Positions 28,155 to 36,661 of a stretch of 64,000 bases of DNA are shown in pieces. The translations under genes and the position numbers were made by a program. The stretch is from a bacterium. Its GTDB lineage: Bacteria > UBA8248. The stretch is taken from assembly GCA_965207065.1 (NCBI GenBank), contig OZ242260.1:1632001-1696000 (forward strand), written 5' to 3'. The notes beneath the pieces are model-generated. The model was given only the letters and a program-made list of their open reading frames with translations. It was not told the DNA's origin and ran no database searches. The stretch's first letter is position 1; each line of letters starts with the position of its first letter.

Positions 28155-29011
28155 TGGGCGGGGAGGCCCGCCCGCGATTTCTCTGCGCTGAAAACTCTTT
28201 CGATTCAGCGCGCGTCGTTCTGCTGGGATGCCCCTTCGATGAGACGGCGAGCTTCCGGCGAGGCGCGAGATTCGGCCCCGACGCGATGCGCGAGGCGTCC
28301 GATTGCCTCGAAACCTACAGCCCGCATTTGGACAAGGACTTGGGCGACGCCGCCCTGTGCGATTTGGGCGATGTCGATCTCGCCTCAGGCGACACCCAGG
28401 CCGTTCTCGCGGCCATCCGTGCCGAAGCCTCGCGGGTATTCCGGGCGGGCAAGCGTCCCGTCTTCCTGGGCGGTGAGCATCTGGTGAGCCTTCCCGCCGT
28501 GGAGGCGGCGCTCGAACTCTTCCCCGGCTTGGCCGTGTTCCAGTGGGACGCCCACGCGGATTTGCGCGATGACTACCTGGGAGAGCGTCTCTCGCACGCC
28601 TGCGTGGTACGGCGCATTCTGGAACTTGAGGGCATAGGCCCGCTTCGCCAGTTCGGCGTCCGCTCCGGTACGCGCGAAGAGTTCGAATGGATGCGGGCGA
28701 ACGACACCATGCGCCCCTTGAGTCCCGAGGCCGTGTCGGCGGCGCTCAAGGTGGCGGGTGATCGCCCCGTATATCTCACCCTCGACGTGGACGTCGTGAA
28801 CCCCGGCGAGATGCCCGGAACCGGCAGCCCCGAACCGGGCGGCTCCGGCTTCGATGCGCTCATGGACTGCATTCGCGTTCTTGACGCCTCGGGCGCGCGC
28901 ATCATCGGCGCCGACGTGGTGGAACTCGCCCCCGAGTGGGACCCGACCGGCGCGAGCGCCATAGCCGCTGCGAAGCTGGTGCGTGAACTCGCGCTGGTGC
29001 TGGGGGCTTGA
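28154..29011 (+). CDS. speB: Agmatinase
   Basis: GARFGP, GGEH, DAHAD, DVDV..PGTGSPEPGG, VVELAP; TGATG coupling to speE. Confidence 0.95.
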   Translation: MGGEARPRFLCAENSFDSARVVLLGCPFDETASFRRGARFGPDAMREASDCLETYSPHLDKDLGDAALCDLGDVDLASGDTQAVLAAIRAEASRVFRAGKRPVFLGGEHLVSLPAVEAALELFPGLAVFQWDAHADLRDDYLGERLSHACVVRRILELEGIGPLRQFGVRSGTREEFEWMRANDTMRPLSPEAVSAALKVAGDRPVYLTLDVDVVNPGEMPGTGSPEPGGSGFDALMDCIRVLDASGARIIGADVVELAPEWDPTGASAIAAAKLVRELALVLGA

Positions 29012-29370
29012 GTCGGATGGGGCGGCGCGGCTTCTGGGCGCTGGCGCTCCTGTGGCTTCCGGCCGGGGTTGTCGCGACCGCGCTCGTGCGTTTCGGGGCC
29101 GAGCCCGGGTTCTGGATGTCGTTGCCGATGCAGTTGGGGTCGCTGGTCCCGGTCGCGCCCTGCGGCCTGCCGCTGGCGCTGGGGTGCCGGAGGCTTTGGC
29201 GGCTGGGCTACCGCCGCGATGCCTGGACGGCGGGAATAATACTCGGCGTCGTCACGGTGGCGGCGTCGCTGGTGGCGGGACTGCTCGGCCCGATTGCCAT
29301 CGCTCTCTACGCGGTGACTTTAAGCCTGCCGGTCTGGGCGGCGGCGTGGTGGCTCGCGCGGCGGGGCTGA
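29008..29370 (+). CDS. Hypothetical four-TM membrane protein
   Basis: Hydrophobic 120-aa ORF overlapping the speB stop. Confidence 0.55.
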   Translation: MSRMGRRGFWALALLWLPAGVVATALVRFGAEPGFWMSLPMQLGSLVPVAPCGLPLALGCRRLWRLGYRRDAWTAGIILGVVTVAASLVAGLLGPIAIALYAVTLSLPVWAAAWWLARRG

Positions 29371-29548
29371 TAGCAGAGAAAAGAGGGGTCGCGGCGTGAT
29401 CAGGGTCGCGAACCGGAATATCGGGGAGCGCATGGAGCCGTGGCGCGATCTCGCGGAAATGGCGGTCCGGCGAGCCTCCCGGAACGGCCGCGGCCACTCC
29501 GGGAGGCGTACTCGGTGAGGTGAGTGCGTTACCGGCCCGCCTTCGTAT

Positions 29549-30565
29549 TTACTCCGGCTTTTGCCCGTAGAACACGGATCGCAGGTCCGAACCGGAGGCG
29601 TGGCCGGCAACGCCGGCCTGGCTGGGGCCGCCGAACTGCCCGGTGGCTTCATACGTTTTGGAGCCTGGCGTCGTGATCGTCCCCGTGAACCTGCCGTCGC
29701 TGACCGGCATGTCCTCCCACTGCAGGGTTCCGAGGGTCGGCACGTCGTCCAGGGCAAGGGTCGCCTTCGTCCCGTCGTCCAGCGTCACGGTAACGCGCGC
29801 CTCCCCCGAATCGATCGCCGGGTCGTCCCCGTAATAGCCCATCCATTCACCCGTCCACGTCGCCGCCTCCGTCGGCTGATGCTCAGGCGCGGATGGGGAG
29901 AGGTGCGGAGTCCAGACATCGCCCTCCAGCGTGTACCAGGCCCGCAGGTCATAGCCCTGGTTCTCGATGCCCAGCCCGACGCCGTCCATGGTGGCCCATC
30001 CCCCGAGCGAGGATGCGGACGTCTCCAGAGCGTCGACCCCGGTTGCGCTCGCCGTGCCGCCGCTCCCCGACCCGACTTCCGCGTGCGGCGTCCATCCATC
30101 GAAGGTTTGGCCGCTTGCGTCGAGAGTGACGTCGGCGGTCCCGCCGGATTGTAGATCGACCGGCGTCGTCGGCCCCAACTCCACCCCGTTCGAGAGGTGC
30201 ACCTCGACGCGGACGCTGCTCAGCGGGGCGTTGGTCGTATTGGTCACGGTCCCCTTGAAAGTCTGGGTGGCGGCGTCGTAGCGCAGTTCGAGGCGGGCGC
30301 CATTGCGAACCATGTCGAAGGTGTCCGTCAGCCCGAGCTGCGCGCCGGATTCTTCCCCGCCACCCTCGGAAGATTCCCCGCCACCCTCGGAGCTTTCTCC
30401 TCCGCTCTCGGAGCCTTCCCCGCCGACCTCCGAAGATTCACCGCCGCCGTCGGATAACCGGCTCCCCGAACAGCCGGCGAGGCTGAATACCAGCAGGACG
30501 ACAAGCGGGATGACAAGGCGGCGTTCCAGACAAAATCTCTTGAGCCAAAACAATGATGATTCCAT
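29549..30565 (-). CDS. Putative surface lipoprotein with GGES-repeat linker and C-terminal beta-barrel-like domain
   Basis: Lipobox LAG-C; (GGESSE)n linker; C-terminus ATWTGEW..ATGQFGGP..GVAG..VFYGQK recalls transferrin-binding-protein-like barrels. Confidence 0.7.
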   Translation of the reverse strand: MESSLFWLKRFCLERRLVIPLVVLLVFSLAGCSGSRLSDGGGESSEVGGEGSESGGESSEGGGESSEGGGEESGAQLGLTDTFDMVRNGARLELRYDAATQTFKGTVTNTTNAPLSSVRVEVHLSNGVELGPTTPVDLQSGGTADVTLDASGQTFDGWTPHAEVGSGSGGTASATGVDALETSASSLGGWATMDGVGLGIENQGYDLRAWYTLEGDVWTPHLSPSAPEHQPTEAATWTGEWMGYYGDDPAIDSGEARVTVTLDDGTKATLALDDVPTLGTLQWEDMPVSDGRFTGTITTPGSKTYEATGQFGGPSQAGVAGHASGSDLRSVFYGQKPE

Positions 30566-30745
30566 GATCGTCTCCCTCTAGACGATGCGTAAGCGGCGCG
30601 GCGGAAGATATCCCGGGCCGGCCCGCAGCGTCAAGCATTCGTTTCGGCGAGGTCGGCCCCGGCGGCGCGAACCACGCCCGGACGCACGGCGTCATTCACT
30701 CGTTGGCGCGCAATTTCCGGGATTCGTGAATCGCACTGTCATTAC

Positions 30746-30774
30746 TTGCAGCGCGTAGCGCTATACGTTACAAT
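30746..30774 (+). promoter_or_regulatory. higBA promoter with palindromic operator; leaderless start
   Basis: TTGCAG-17bp-TACAAT with an imperfect palindrome centred on TAGCGCTA; ATG 6 nt after the -10. Confidence 0.6.
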
Positions 30775-30780
30775 ATTACG

Positions 30781-31052
30781 ATGAAGATCAGGCACAAGGG
30801 ATTGCGGTCGCTACATGAACGGGACGACCAATCGCGGTTGTCTGCCAATCTGGCGCCGCGTCTCCGTCGCATCCTGTTTCGGCTGCAGGAAGCGACGCGA
30901 CCGGGTGATGCGGACGCGCCGGGCTTCCGGCTGCATCCCCTGAAGGGCGACCGGCGGGCGAGTGGAGCGTGCGTGTATCCGGCAACTGGCGCGTGGTGTT
31001 CCGCTTCGAGGACAGCGAAGCCGTGGACGTGGACCTGGTCGACTACCACTGA
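30781..31052 (+). pseudogene. higB: HigB (RelE/ParE) toxin, frameshifted
   Basis: MKIRHKGL..PGFRLHPLKGDR, then a one-base loss near 30953; the alternate frame gives GEWSVRVSGNWRVVFRFEDSEAVDVDLVDYH*. Confidence 0.85.
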
Positions 31053-31070
31053 CGGAAAGGAGAAAGAGCG

Positions 31071-31379
31071 ATGAGCGATGGCGAACGTGCAGGCCCGATG
31101 CGGAACCCGCCGCACCTGGGCGAACTGGTCCGCGAGAGCATGGAAGAGGTAGGCTGGAGCGTCACCGAGACCTCGGCCCGCCTGGGCTGTGAGCGCGGGA
31201 CGCTTTCGCGCCTTCTGAACGGAAAGGCGGGCGTGTCCGCCAACATGGCGCTCGCGCTGGAGGGAATCGGGTGGGGAACCGCCGACCACTGGATGCGCAT
31301 GCAGGCGAGCTACGAACTGGCGCAGGTCCGCAGGGAGAGAGCCGGGGGGAAACGGCCGGCGGAAGTGAGGTCGGCGTGA
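31071..31379 (+). CDS. higA: HigA antitoxin
   Basis: MRNPPHLGELVRE, TLSRLLNGKAGVSANMALAL, WMRMQASYEL. Confidence 0.92.
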   Translation: MSDGERAGPMRNPPHLGELVRESMEEVGWSVTETSARLGCERGTLSRLLNGKAGVSANMALALEGIGWGTADHWMRMQASYELAQVRRERAGGKRPAEVRSA

Positions 31380-31494
31380 GCCGGCGTTGCAGTGGCGCTT
31401 TGGAACGAAAAGTAAAATATTTATTGACGTTGCCGGGGAACTATGGCATCTTTATTGTCAATAACTACTCCCCCGCTGGTTTCGACCGCCGGGT

Positions 31495-31525
31495 GCGGGG
31501 CCTCTAAGGAGGCCCCTGCTTTTTT
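31495..31525 (+). terminator. Intrinsic terminator
   Basis: GCGGGGCCTC-TAAG-GAGGCCCCTGC followed by TTTTTT. Confidence 0.7.
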
Positions 31526-31752
31526 GAGGGAATGATTTTTCCTGACCAGCCAAAGAGTTTTGGTTACGTTTTTGCAGTCGCGGTATGTTGCGGATATACA
31601 TTCATTTTTCAATACTGGGAACAGGAGGGTATCATTCTTCTCTAAAATCGCATTCAAGGTTGGAGAGAAGGCGGGCTACGTGAAACAAGTTTTCTGCTGT
31701 AAATGACCTAAGAGGTTATATAGCCGCCTTCAGATCGAGAAAGGAGAAAGCA

Positions 31753-31944
31753 ATGAACCAGGTTGCAGAAAATGATGAACTTATCAAGCGTATGAAGGAA
31801 GCAGCGCAGCGACCGATGACCCCTGAAGAAAAAAGAGCGCAAAGGATATCTTACATTCTCTCCGTGGTCGGCAGAGATGATGAATCCACCAAGAAGGAAG
31901 TTGAGGATTATATTGATGAGCGTTACGGGAACACGCATGAATGA
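31753..31944 (+). CDS. Small helical protein coupled to the Fic gene (putative antitoxin)
   Basis: AAGGAG RBS; ATGA overlap with the Fic start. Confidence 0.65.
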   Translation: MNQVAENDELIKRMKEAAQRPMTPEEKRAQRISYILSVVGRDDESTKKEVEDYIDERYGNTHE

Positions 31945-32552
31945 TTTTGTACGAACTGACAGGAACGGAAGACGACGATACTTACAGGACACTGGAATAC
32001 TTCAATACGGATAGGCAGCTTTATTTCCTGGAGTCTATGGTTTCAGTTGCACTAAGGACGCAACGTCCTTTCCTTTCTCAAGCCTTGATCAAGGCGCTAA
32101 ACTACCACGCCATTGCTTGTCTACATGTGAATGCAGGTGAATATCGTCCTTGCGAAGTGAAAGTCGGTAGCTACGAACCGCCGGCGCATTATCGCGTACA
32201 AGCCCTAATGGATGATTTCGTAAATCTTGTAAATCGGTACTGGGAGAATGAAGACCCGGTTCTTCTCTCTGCTTTTGTTCTCTGGCAACTCAATGTCATT
32301 CACCCGTTTATCAATGGAAACGGAAGAACGGCGCGCGCTTGCTGTTATTTTGTGCTTTGCGTCAAATCAGGGGGATGGATAAGCGGAAAAGCTATATTGC
32401 CGCAGCTTTTACAGCAACATAGAGAAGAATATGTTTCTGCACTTCAATATGCGGACAATGCGGCAAAACTGAAAACGTCAAATCAAGAAGCTCTTGGACC
32501 TTTGCGTGATCTAATTAGAAAACTCCTGAATATACAGCTGGCCGATCACTAG
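31941..32552 (+). CDS. Fic/Doc family protein
   Basis: HPFINGNGRTAR Fic motif; GEYR; low GC. Confidence 0.9.
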   Translation: MILYELTGTEDDDTYRTLEYFNTDRQLYFLESMVSVALRTQRPFLSQALIKALNYHAIACLHVNAGEYRPCEVKVGSYEPPAHYRVQALMDDFVNLVNRYWENEDPVLLSAFVLWQLNVIHPFINGNGRTARACCYFVLCVKSGGWISGKAILPQLLQQHREEYVSALQYADNAAKLKTSNQEALGPLRDLIRKLLNIQLADH

Positions 32553-32637
32553 ATGGCTTTCAGGCTATGTCCAGACTAAGCCATTAAGATCTGCCCGAGA
32601 AAGTCGCTTGTGTTTAGGCCCACCAACTGGTGAACCC

Positions 32638-33372
32638 CTACCCCCCCTCCGCCTCGACGGCTTGGGCCATCTCGCCCATCGAGAAGAAGATGAAGTCGGT
32701 CGTCGGCATATTCTCGACCTTCTCCGTCGCCCCCCAGCTTCCCCCCTCGGAAAGCCTCTGCCGGTCGATCCAGGCGTTGGCGAGGCCGAACCGGTTCGCG
32801 GGCGCATGGTCGTGGCGCAGGCTCTGCGCCGTGTGCAGTACGTCGGATTTATCCAGCCCGAAGTCTGACTTCAGGTGCGACAGGAGATACTCGAAATTGG
32901 CGTCGGCGGGCTTGTAGGTGCCGATGTCCTCGGCGGTATAAACGGCGTCGAACGCGACGCCCAGCTTGCGGTTCGAGGCGGCGAAGCCCTCGCGGTGCAC
33001 GTTCGAGAGGATGACGAGCTTGTAATGCCGCTTCAGGATGCGCAGCGCGTCCGCGGTATCTGCGAAGGCCGGCCACAGCGGCACGGATGCGCCGAACGCC
33101 TCATCGAGCGCGCCGCTCGTCTCGAATCCCAGACTCTCGGCCATGCTCCGGTGGACTCGTGCGAGGAGGTCGGGATAGTGAAGCCCGGGCGAGGCGTGCT
33201 CGTGGTGGGCTTCCCACTTGGCGAAGGCTAAGAGCGCGGCCTCGCGCGTCACCGCAGAGTCGCCGCCACTCATGATGAGCGGCTGCAGTGCGTCCCAGAT
33301 GCCGGCCTCCCAGTCGATGAGCGTGCCGTAGCAGTCGAACGTGAGTACTTTGTAATCGGTCAGTCGGGCCAT
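32638..33372 (-). CDS. HAD-family hydrolase (haloacid dehalogenase type II-like)
   Basis: FDCYGTLIDWE, LSNV, YKP, AQSLRHDH. Confidence 0.9.
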   Translation of the reverse strand: MARLTDYKVLTFDCYGTLIDWEAGIWDALQPLIMSGGDSAVTREAALLAFAKWEAHHEHASPGLHYPDLLARVHRSMAESLGFETSGALDEAFGASVPLWPAFADTADALRILKRHYKLVILSNVHREGFAASNRKLGVAFDAVYTAEDIGTYKPADANFEYLLSHLKSDFGLDKSDVLHTAQSLRHDHAPANRFGLANAWIDRQRLSEGGSWGATEKVENMPTTDFIFFSMGEMAQAVEAEGG

Positions 33373-33674
33373 GGTCCGGGTTTCCTGTGAGGTGGGAGTC
33401 GGGATTTTTTGAACAAGCCAAAGTCTGATTGAGAAAGGATCTAAGGCTCTGCGCGAGGACTGTCAAGGATCGCCCCGGCATGCCTGAATCCAAAAACCCG
33501 GTTTGCATGGCGGAAGTAAATGTTTGTATAGTATGAATCTCTTTGTAATTTGTGAGATTGTATACAGTATACTTTATTGACGGCGGTTTTGCTCCGGGAG
33601 TCCCGGGTGGCGGAACCCGCTGATAATGAAAGTATTTCTAGAGCCGATTCATCATTTTGCGCTTGGAGACGCCC

Positions 33675-34844
33675 ATGGCTGAAGAAAAACCCCGCCAATT
33701 CGTTGGCAGCGTGGAATTCAAAAAAGGTCTCGAGGGGGCCATCACGAACGAGAGCGCCATCAGCTACGTCGATGGAGCGAACGGCAAGCTCATCTATCGC
33801 GGGTACAGCATCGACGACCTCTGCGCCGGAGGCGGGGGCTACGAGGAAACGGCCTACCTGCTGCTGAACGGAAAGCTGCCCACCCGGGCGGAACTCGACG
33901 TCTTCAATGCGGATCTCGCCTTGCGCCGGCCCATCCCCCAGCCGGTGAAAGACCTGATCGTGCAGATCGCCGGCACGTGCCACCCCATGAGCTCGCTGCG
34001 CACCGCCGTCTCCATGCTCGGCTGCCTGAATCCGAAGGAATTCGAGGTGACGGTGGAGAACGATTACGACATCGCCCTCACGCTCACGGCGCAGTTCCCC
34101 ACCCTGGTGGCAGCTATCCAGCGGGCGCGGAGGGGCGAGTTCCTCATCGAGCCCGACCCCGGCAAAGGGTTGTCCGAGGATTTCCTGAGCATGATGACGG
34201 GCGAGACGCCGGACGCGCGCACCGTGGAGGTGATGGATATGGCTCTCATCATCCACGCCGAACACGGCATGAACGCCTCCACCTTCTCCTCGATGGTCAC
34301 GAACAGCTCGCTAACGGATTTCTACAGCTCCATCGTCGCGGGCATCGGCTCGCTCAAGGGGCCCCTCCACGGCGGCGCCAACGAGGCCACGCTGCGCACG
34401 TTCCAGGAGATCGGAGACCCAGCCACGACGGAAGACTGGTTCGCGGCGGCGAAGTCGAAGAAGGTGAAGGTGATGGGCTTTGGCCACCGCGTCTACAAGG
34501 CCTACGACCCGAGGGCGCGCCTGTTCGACCCCATCGCCAAGGAATTCTCCGCGCGCGCCGGCACGAGCCATCTTTATGAGATCGCGAAAAAGCTCGAAGC
34601 CCTCGTGGTGGCGGACTTAGGGGGAAAGGGCATCTTCCCCAACGTCGATTTCTTCTCGGGCATCATCTACGACGCCATGGGCATCGACACGGACATGTTC
34701 ACGCCCATCTTCGCCGTGCCGCGCATCGCCGGGTGGTCGGCGCGCATCCTCGAGTACCTGCCCGACAACCGGCTCTTCAGGCCCCGCGCGGTCTACATCG
34801 GCGACCTGGAGTCGCAATACACGCCGATTGGCGAGCGCAGCTAG
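33675..34844 (+). CDS. gltA: Citrate synthase family (citrate/2-methylcitrate synthase)
   Basis: HAEHGMNAST, GPLHGGANE, MGFGHRVYK.YDPRA, PNVDF. Confidence 0.92.
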   Translation: MAEEKPRQFVGSVEFKKGLEGAITNESAISYVDGANGKLIYRGYSIDDLCAGGGGYEETAYLLLNGKLPTRAELDVFNADLALRRPIPQPVKDLIVQIAGTCHPMSSLRTAVSMLGCLNPKEFEVTVENDYDIALTLTAQFPTLVAAIQRARRGEFLIEPDPGKGLSEDFLSMMTGETPDARTVEVMDMALIIHAEHGMNASTFSSMVTNSSLTDFYSSIVAGIGSLKGPLHGGANEATLRTFQEIGDPATTEDWFAAAKSKKVKVMGFGHRVYKAYDPRARLFDPIAKEFSARAGTSHLYEIAKKLEALVVADLGGKGIFPNVDFFSGIIYDAMGIDTDMFTPIFAVPRIAGWSARILEYLPDNRLFRPRAVYIGDLESQYTPIGERS

Positions 34845-34861
34845 CTTCAATAAGCAAACAG

Positions 34862-34895
34862 AAAGGCGGCCTCTCGAACGGGGGCCGCTTTTTTT
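34862..34895 (+). terminator. Intrinsic terminator after citrate synthase
   Basis: AAAGGCGGCCTCTCG-AA-CGGGGGCCGCTTTTTTT. Confidence 0.7.
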
Positions 34896-34936
34896 CGTCT
34901 ATTTCTTGAATAATCTGAAACCGAGGAGGGGTCCCC

Positions 34937-35356
34937 GTGGTGTTTGAAGACGGCTTCGTGATCGAGACGAAAGGGATGACGGACATTCTGGACATCACGC
35001 TCCAGGTCGAGCTCATCGTTTCGGCAAGCAAGGTGCAAACTGGAATCGTCCTGGCCTTCACGCCCGGCTCGACGGCGGGTCTCACGACGATGGAGTATGA
35101 GCCGGGAACGGTTTCTGACCTGAAAGAGGCTATCGCCCGACTGGCGCCCGAGGAATTGGACTACGCGCATGTCCTCTCGGGAGACGGGAACGGCTTCTCC
35201 CACGTCCGCGCCGCCCTGCTGGGGCCCAGCCTCTCTCTTTCCGTCCGGGGAGGCGCGCTCGTCACCGGAAAATGGCAGCAGGTCGTCCTGGTCGATTTCG
35301 ACAACCGCCCGAGGAACAGGCGTGTGGAAGTCCAGGTTCTGGGGGATAATTCTTAA
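34937..35356 (+). CDS. yjbQ: YjbQ/UPF0047 family protein
   Basis: GSTAGLTTMEYEPG, NGFSHVRAALLG, GKWQQVVLVDFDNRPR; GAGGAGG RBS. Confidence 0.88.
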   Translation: MVFEDGFVIETKGMTDILDITLQVELIVSASKVQTGIVLAFTPGSTAGLTTMEYEPGTVSDLKEAIARLAPEELDYAHVLSGDGNGFSHVRAALLGPSLSLSVRGGALVTGKWQQVVLVDFDNRPRNRRVEVQVLGDNS

Positions 35357-35489
35357 TCAATGGGGATTCTAAACTTCAGTTGACGGCTTCTTTTTTCTGT
35401 TCGGGTTTTTCTCACTCCCCCTTGAGGGGTCGGGCATCCCGAGGGGAATGCCCGATGAAAAACTCCACAGCAGCAGGATTGCAGGTTTT

Positions 35490-35517
35490 GTAGGGACAGG
35501 TCGCGACCTGTCCCTAC
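35490..35517. repeat. GTAG-family REP palindrome GTAGGGACAGGTCGCGACCTGTCCCTAC (second copy 56415-56442; related GTAGGGGCGGAC.. at 16405 and 20409)
   Basis: Perfect palindrome with GTAG tetranucleotide; recurs intergenically. Confidence 0.8.
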
Positions 35518-35635
35518 GGCCTCTTTTTCATCGGGTTCGTTCATTTAAGGGTTTTGCCAACCAAGGAGAAGGGGAATTCCACTCCCCCCTTCTCGGTGCT
35601 GTTGAAAAACTGCACAGAAGGAGCGCGCTAAATTC

Positions 35636-35831
35636 CACTCCCCCTTTGAGAGTTCTTGCCGTCCGACGAGAGAGTAATTCACTCCCCCCTTGAGGGGGAG
35701 TCACAGAGGCCGAGTGCTTTGGACGAAGGCCGATGTGGTGGGGGGAGGTTTGCTCTGTGGCATGTCCCCCCACCGATTCAGCCTTCGCATAATCCGCTTG
35801 GCTTCATCGACTCCCCCTCAAGGGGGGAGTG
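35636..35831. mobile_element. MITE/REPIN-like element, copy 2, with perfect 23-bp terminal inverted repeats
   Basis: CACTCCCCCCTTGAGGGGGAGTC at 35680-35702 and its reverse complement at 35809-35831. Confidence 0.75.
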
Positions 35832-35982
35832 ATTCCATCATTTCCTATCGCACTCGGCGCATGGAACACTGCCGTAAAGGCATGTATATAATTCTTTAAT
35901 CAATCCGGGCCGGATGCGCACCAGATGGCGTGGCGACCGGGAATCAAGCTCCCCGGCCTTTCTCGCAGCGAAGTATGAAAGG

Positions 35983-36402
35983 CTAGTCGTCGCCTTCGGC
36001 GAACTCCTCGAACGTGTAGAACAGCCCGTCCAGCACCCGCGCCGCCTGCTCGTCCACGCCCGGCTTGTCGAGGGGCAGGTCGATGGCGTAGCGGAACACG
36101 CCGTCGTGGTAGTGCTCCACCTTGTGCTCTTCCTCCTCGCCCGCTTCCTCCATCCCGTCGTACACGAAATCGTCAATCGGGTCCTTGCTGTCGAGGATGG
36201 CGAGTTCGATGTCCTCGTTCATGTAGCGGTCGGCGGTGGCGAAGCTGATGCGGAGCTTGCCGTCGGCGTCGTTTTTCACCATATCGAACCAGCAGACCTC
36301 GTTCACGACGAGGCGGATGGAGCGGCCCGAAGGGTCGGGTTCGGGGGTGAAGCGGTCATCGGTAGCGTAGCGTTTGATCATGCCTGTGATGATGTCGGCC
36401 AA
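35983..36402 (-). CDS. Hypothetical acidic protein
   Basis: 139-aa ORF, TTG start, GGGAGG upstream, GC3-rich codon use. Confidence 0.65.
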   Translation of the reverse strand: MADIITGMIKRYATDDRFTPEPDPSGRSIRLVVNEVCWFDMVKNDADGKLRISFATADRYMNEDIELAILDSKDPIDDFVYDGMEEAGEEEEHKVEHYHDGVFRYAIDLPLDKPGVDEQAARVLDGLFYTFEEFAEGDD

Positions 36403-36597
36403 AACAGGAGCCTCCCTGCGCGTGGTTTTTAGTGTGTGGAAATCCGCTCTTTCCTCGTTCGGGGGGAAATATAGCTTGGAGTCTTCGTTTCGCCAAGCGG
36501 CGACGGGGGTCGGGAACGAGAGGCCGGCCTAAATCTTAAGATCGCTCGTTGCGGGAGAGATATCGCTGTGTTGTTGGCTGTGTTGTTGAAAAACAAC

Positions 36598-36636
36598 GGG
36601 GATGAGCGGCGCGCGATAACTCGAGCCGCTCATCCC
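36598..36636 (-). terminator. Hairpin terminator downstream of tctC
   Basis: GGGATGAGCGGC...GCCGCTCATCCC stem followed on the minus strand by a U-rich run. Confidence 0.6.
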
Positions 36637-36661
36637 CTGAATGATGCTTGGTCCTATAGAC

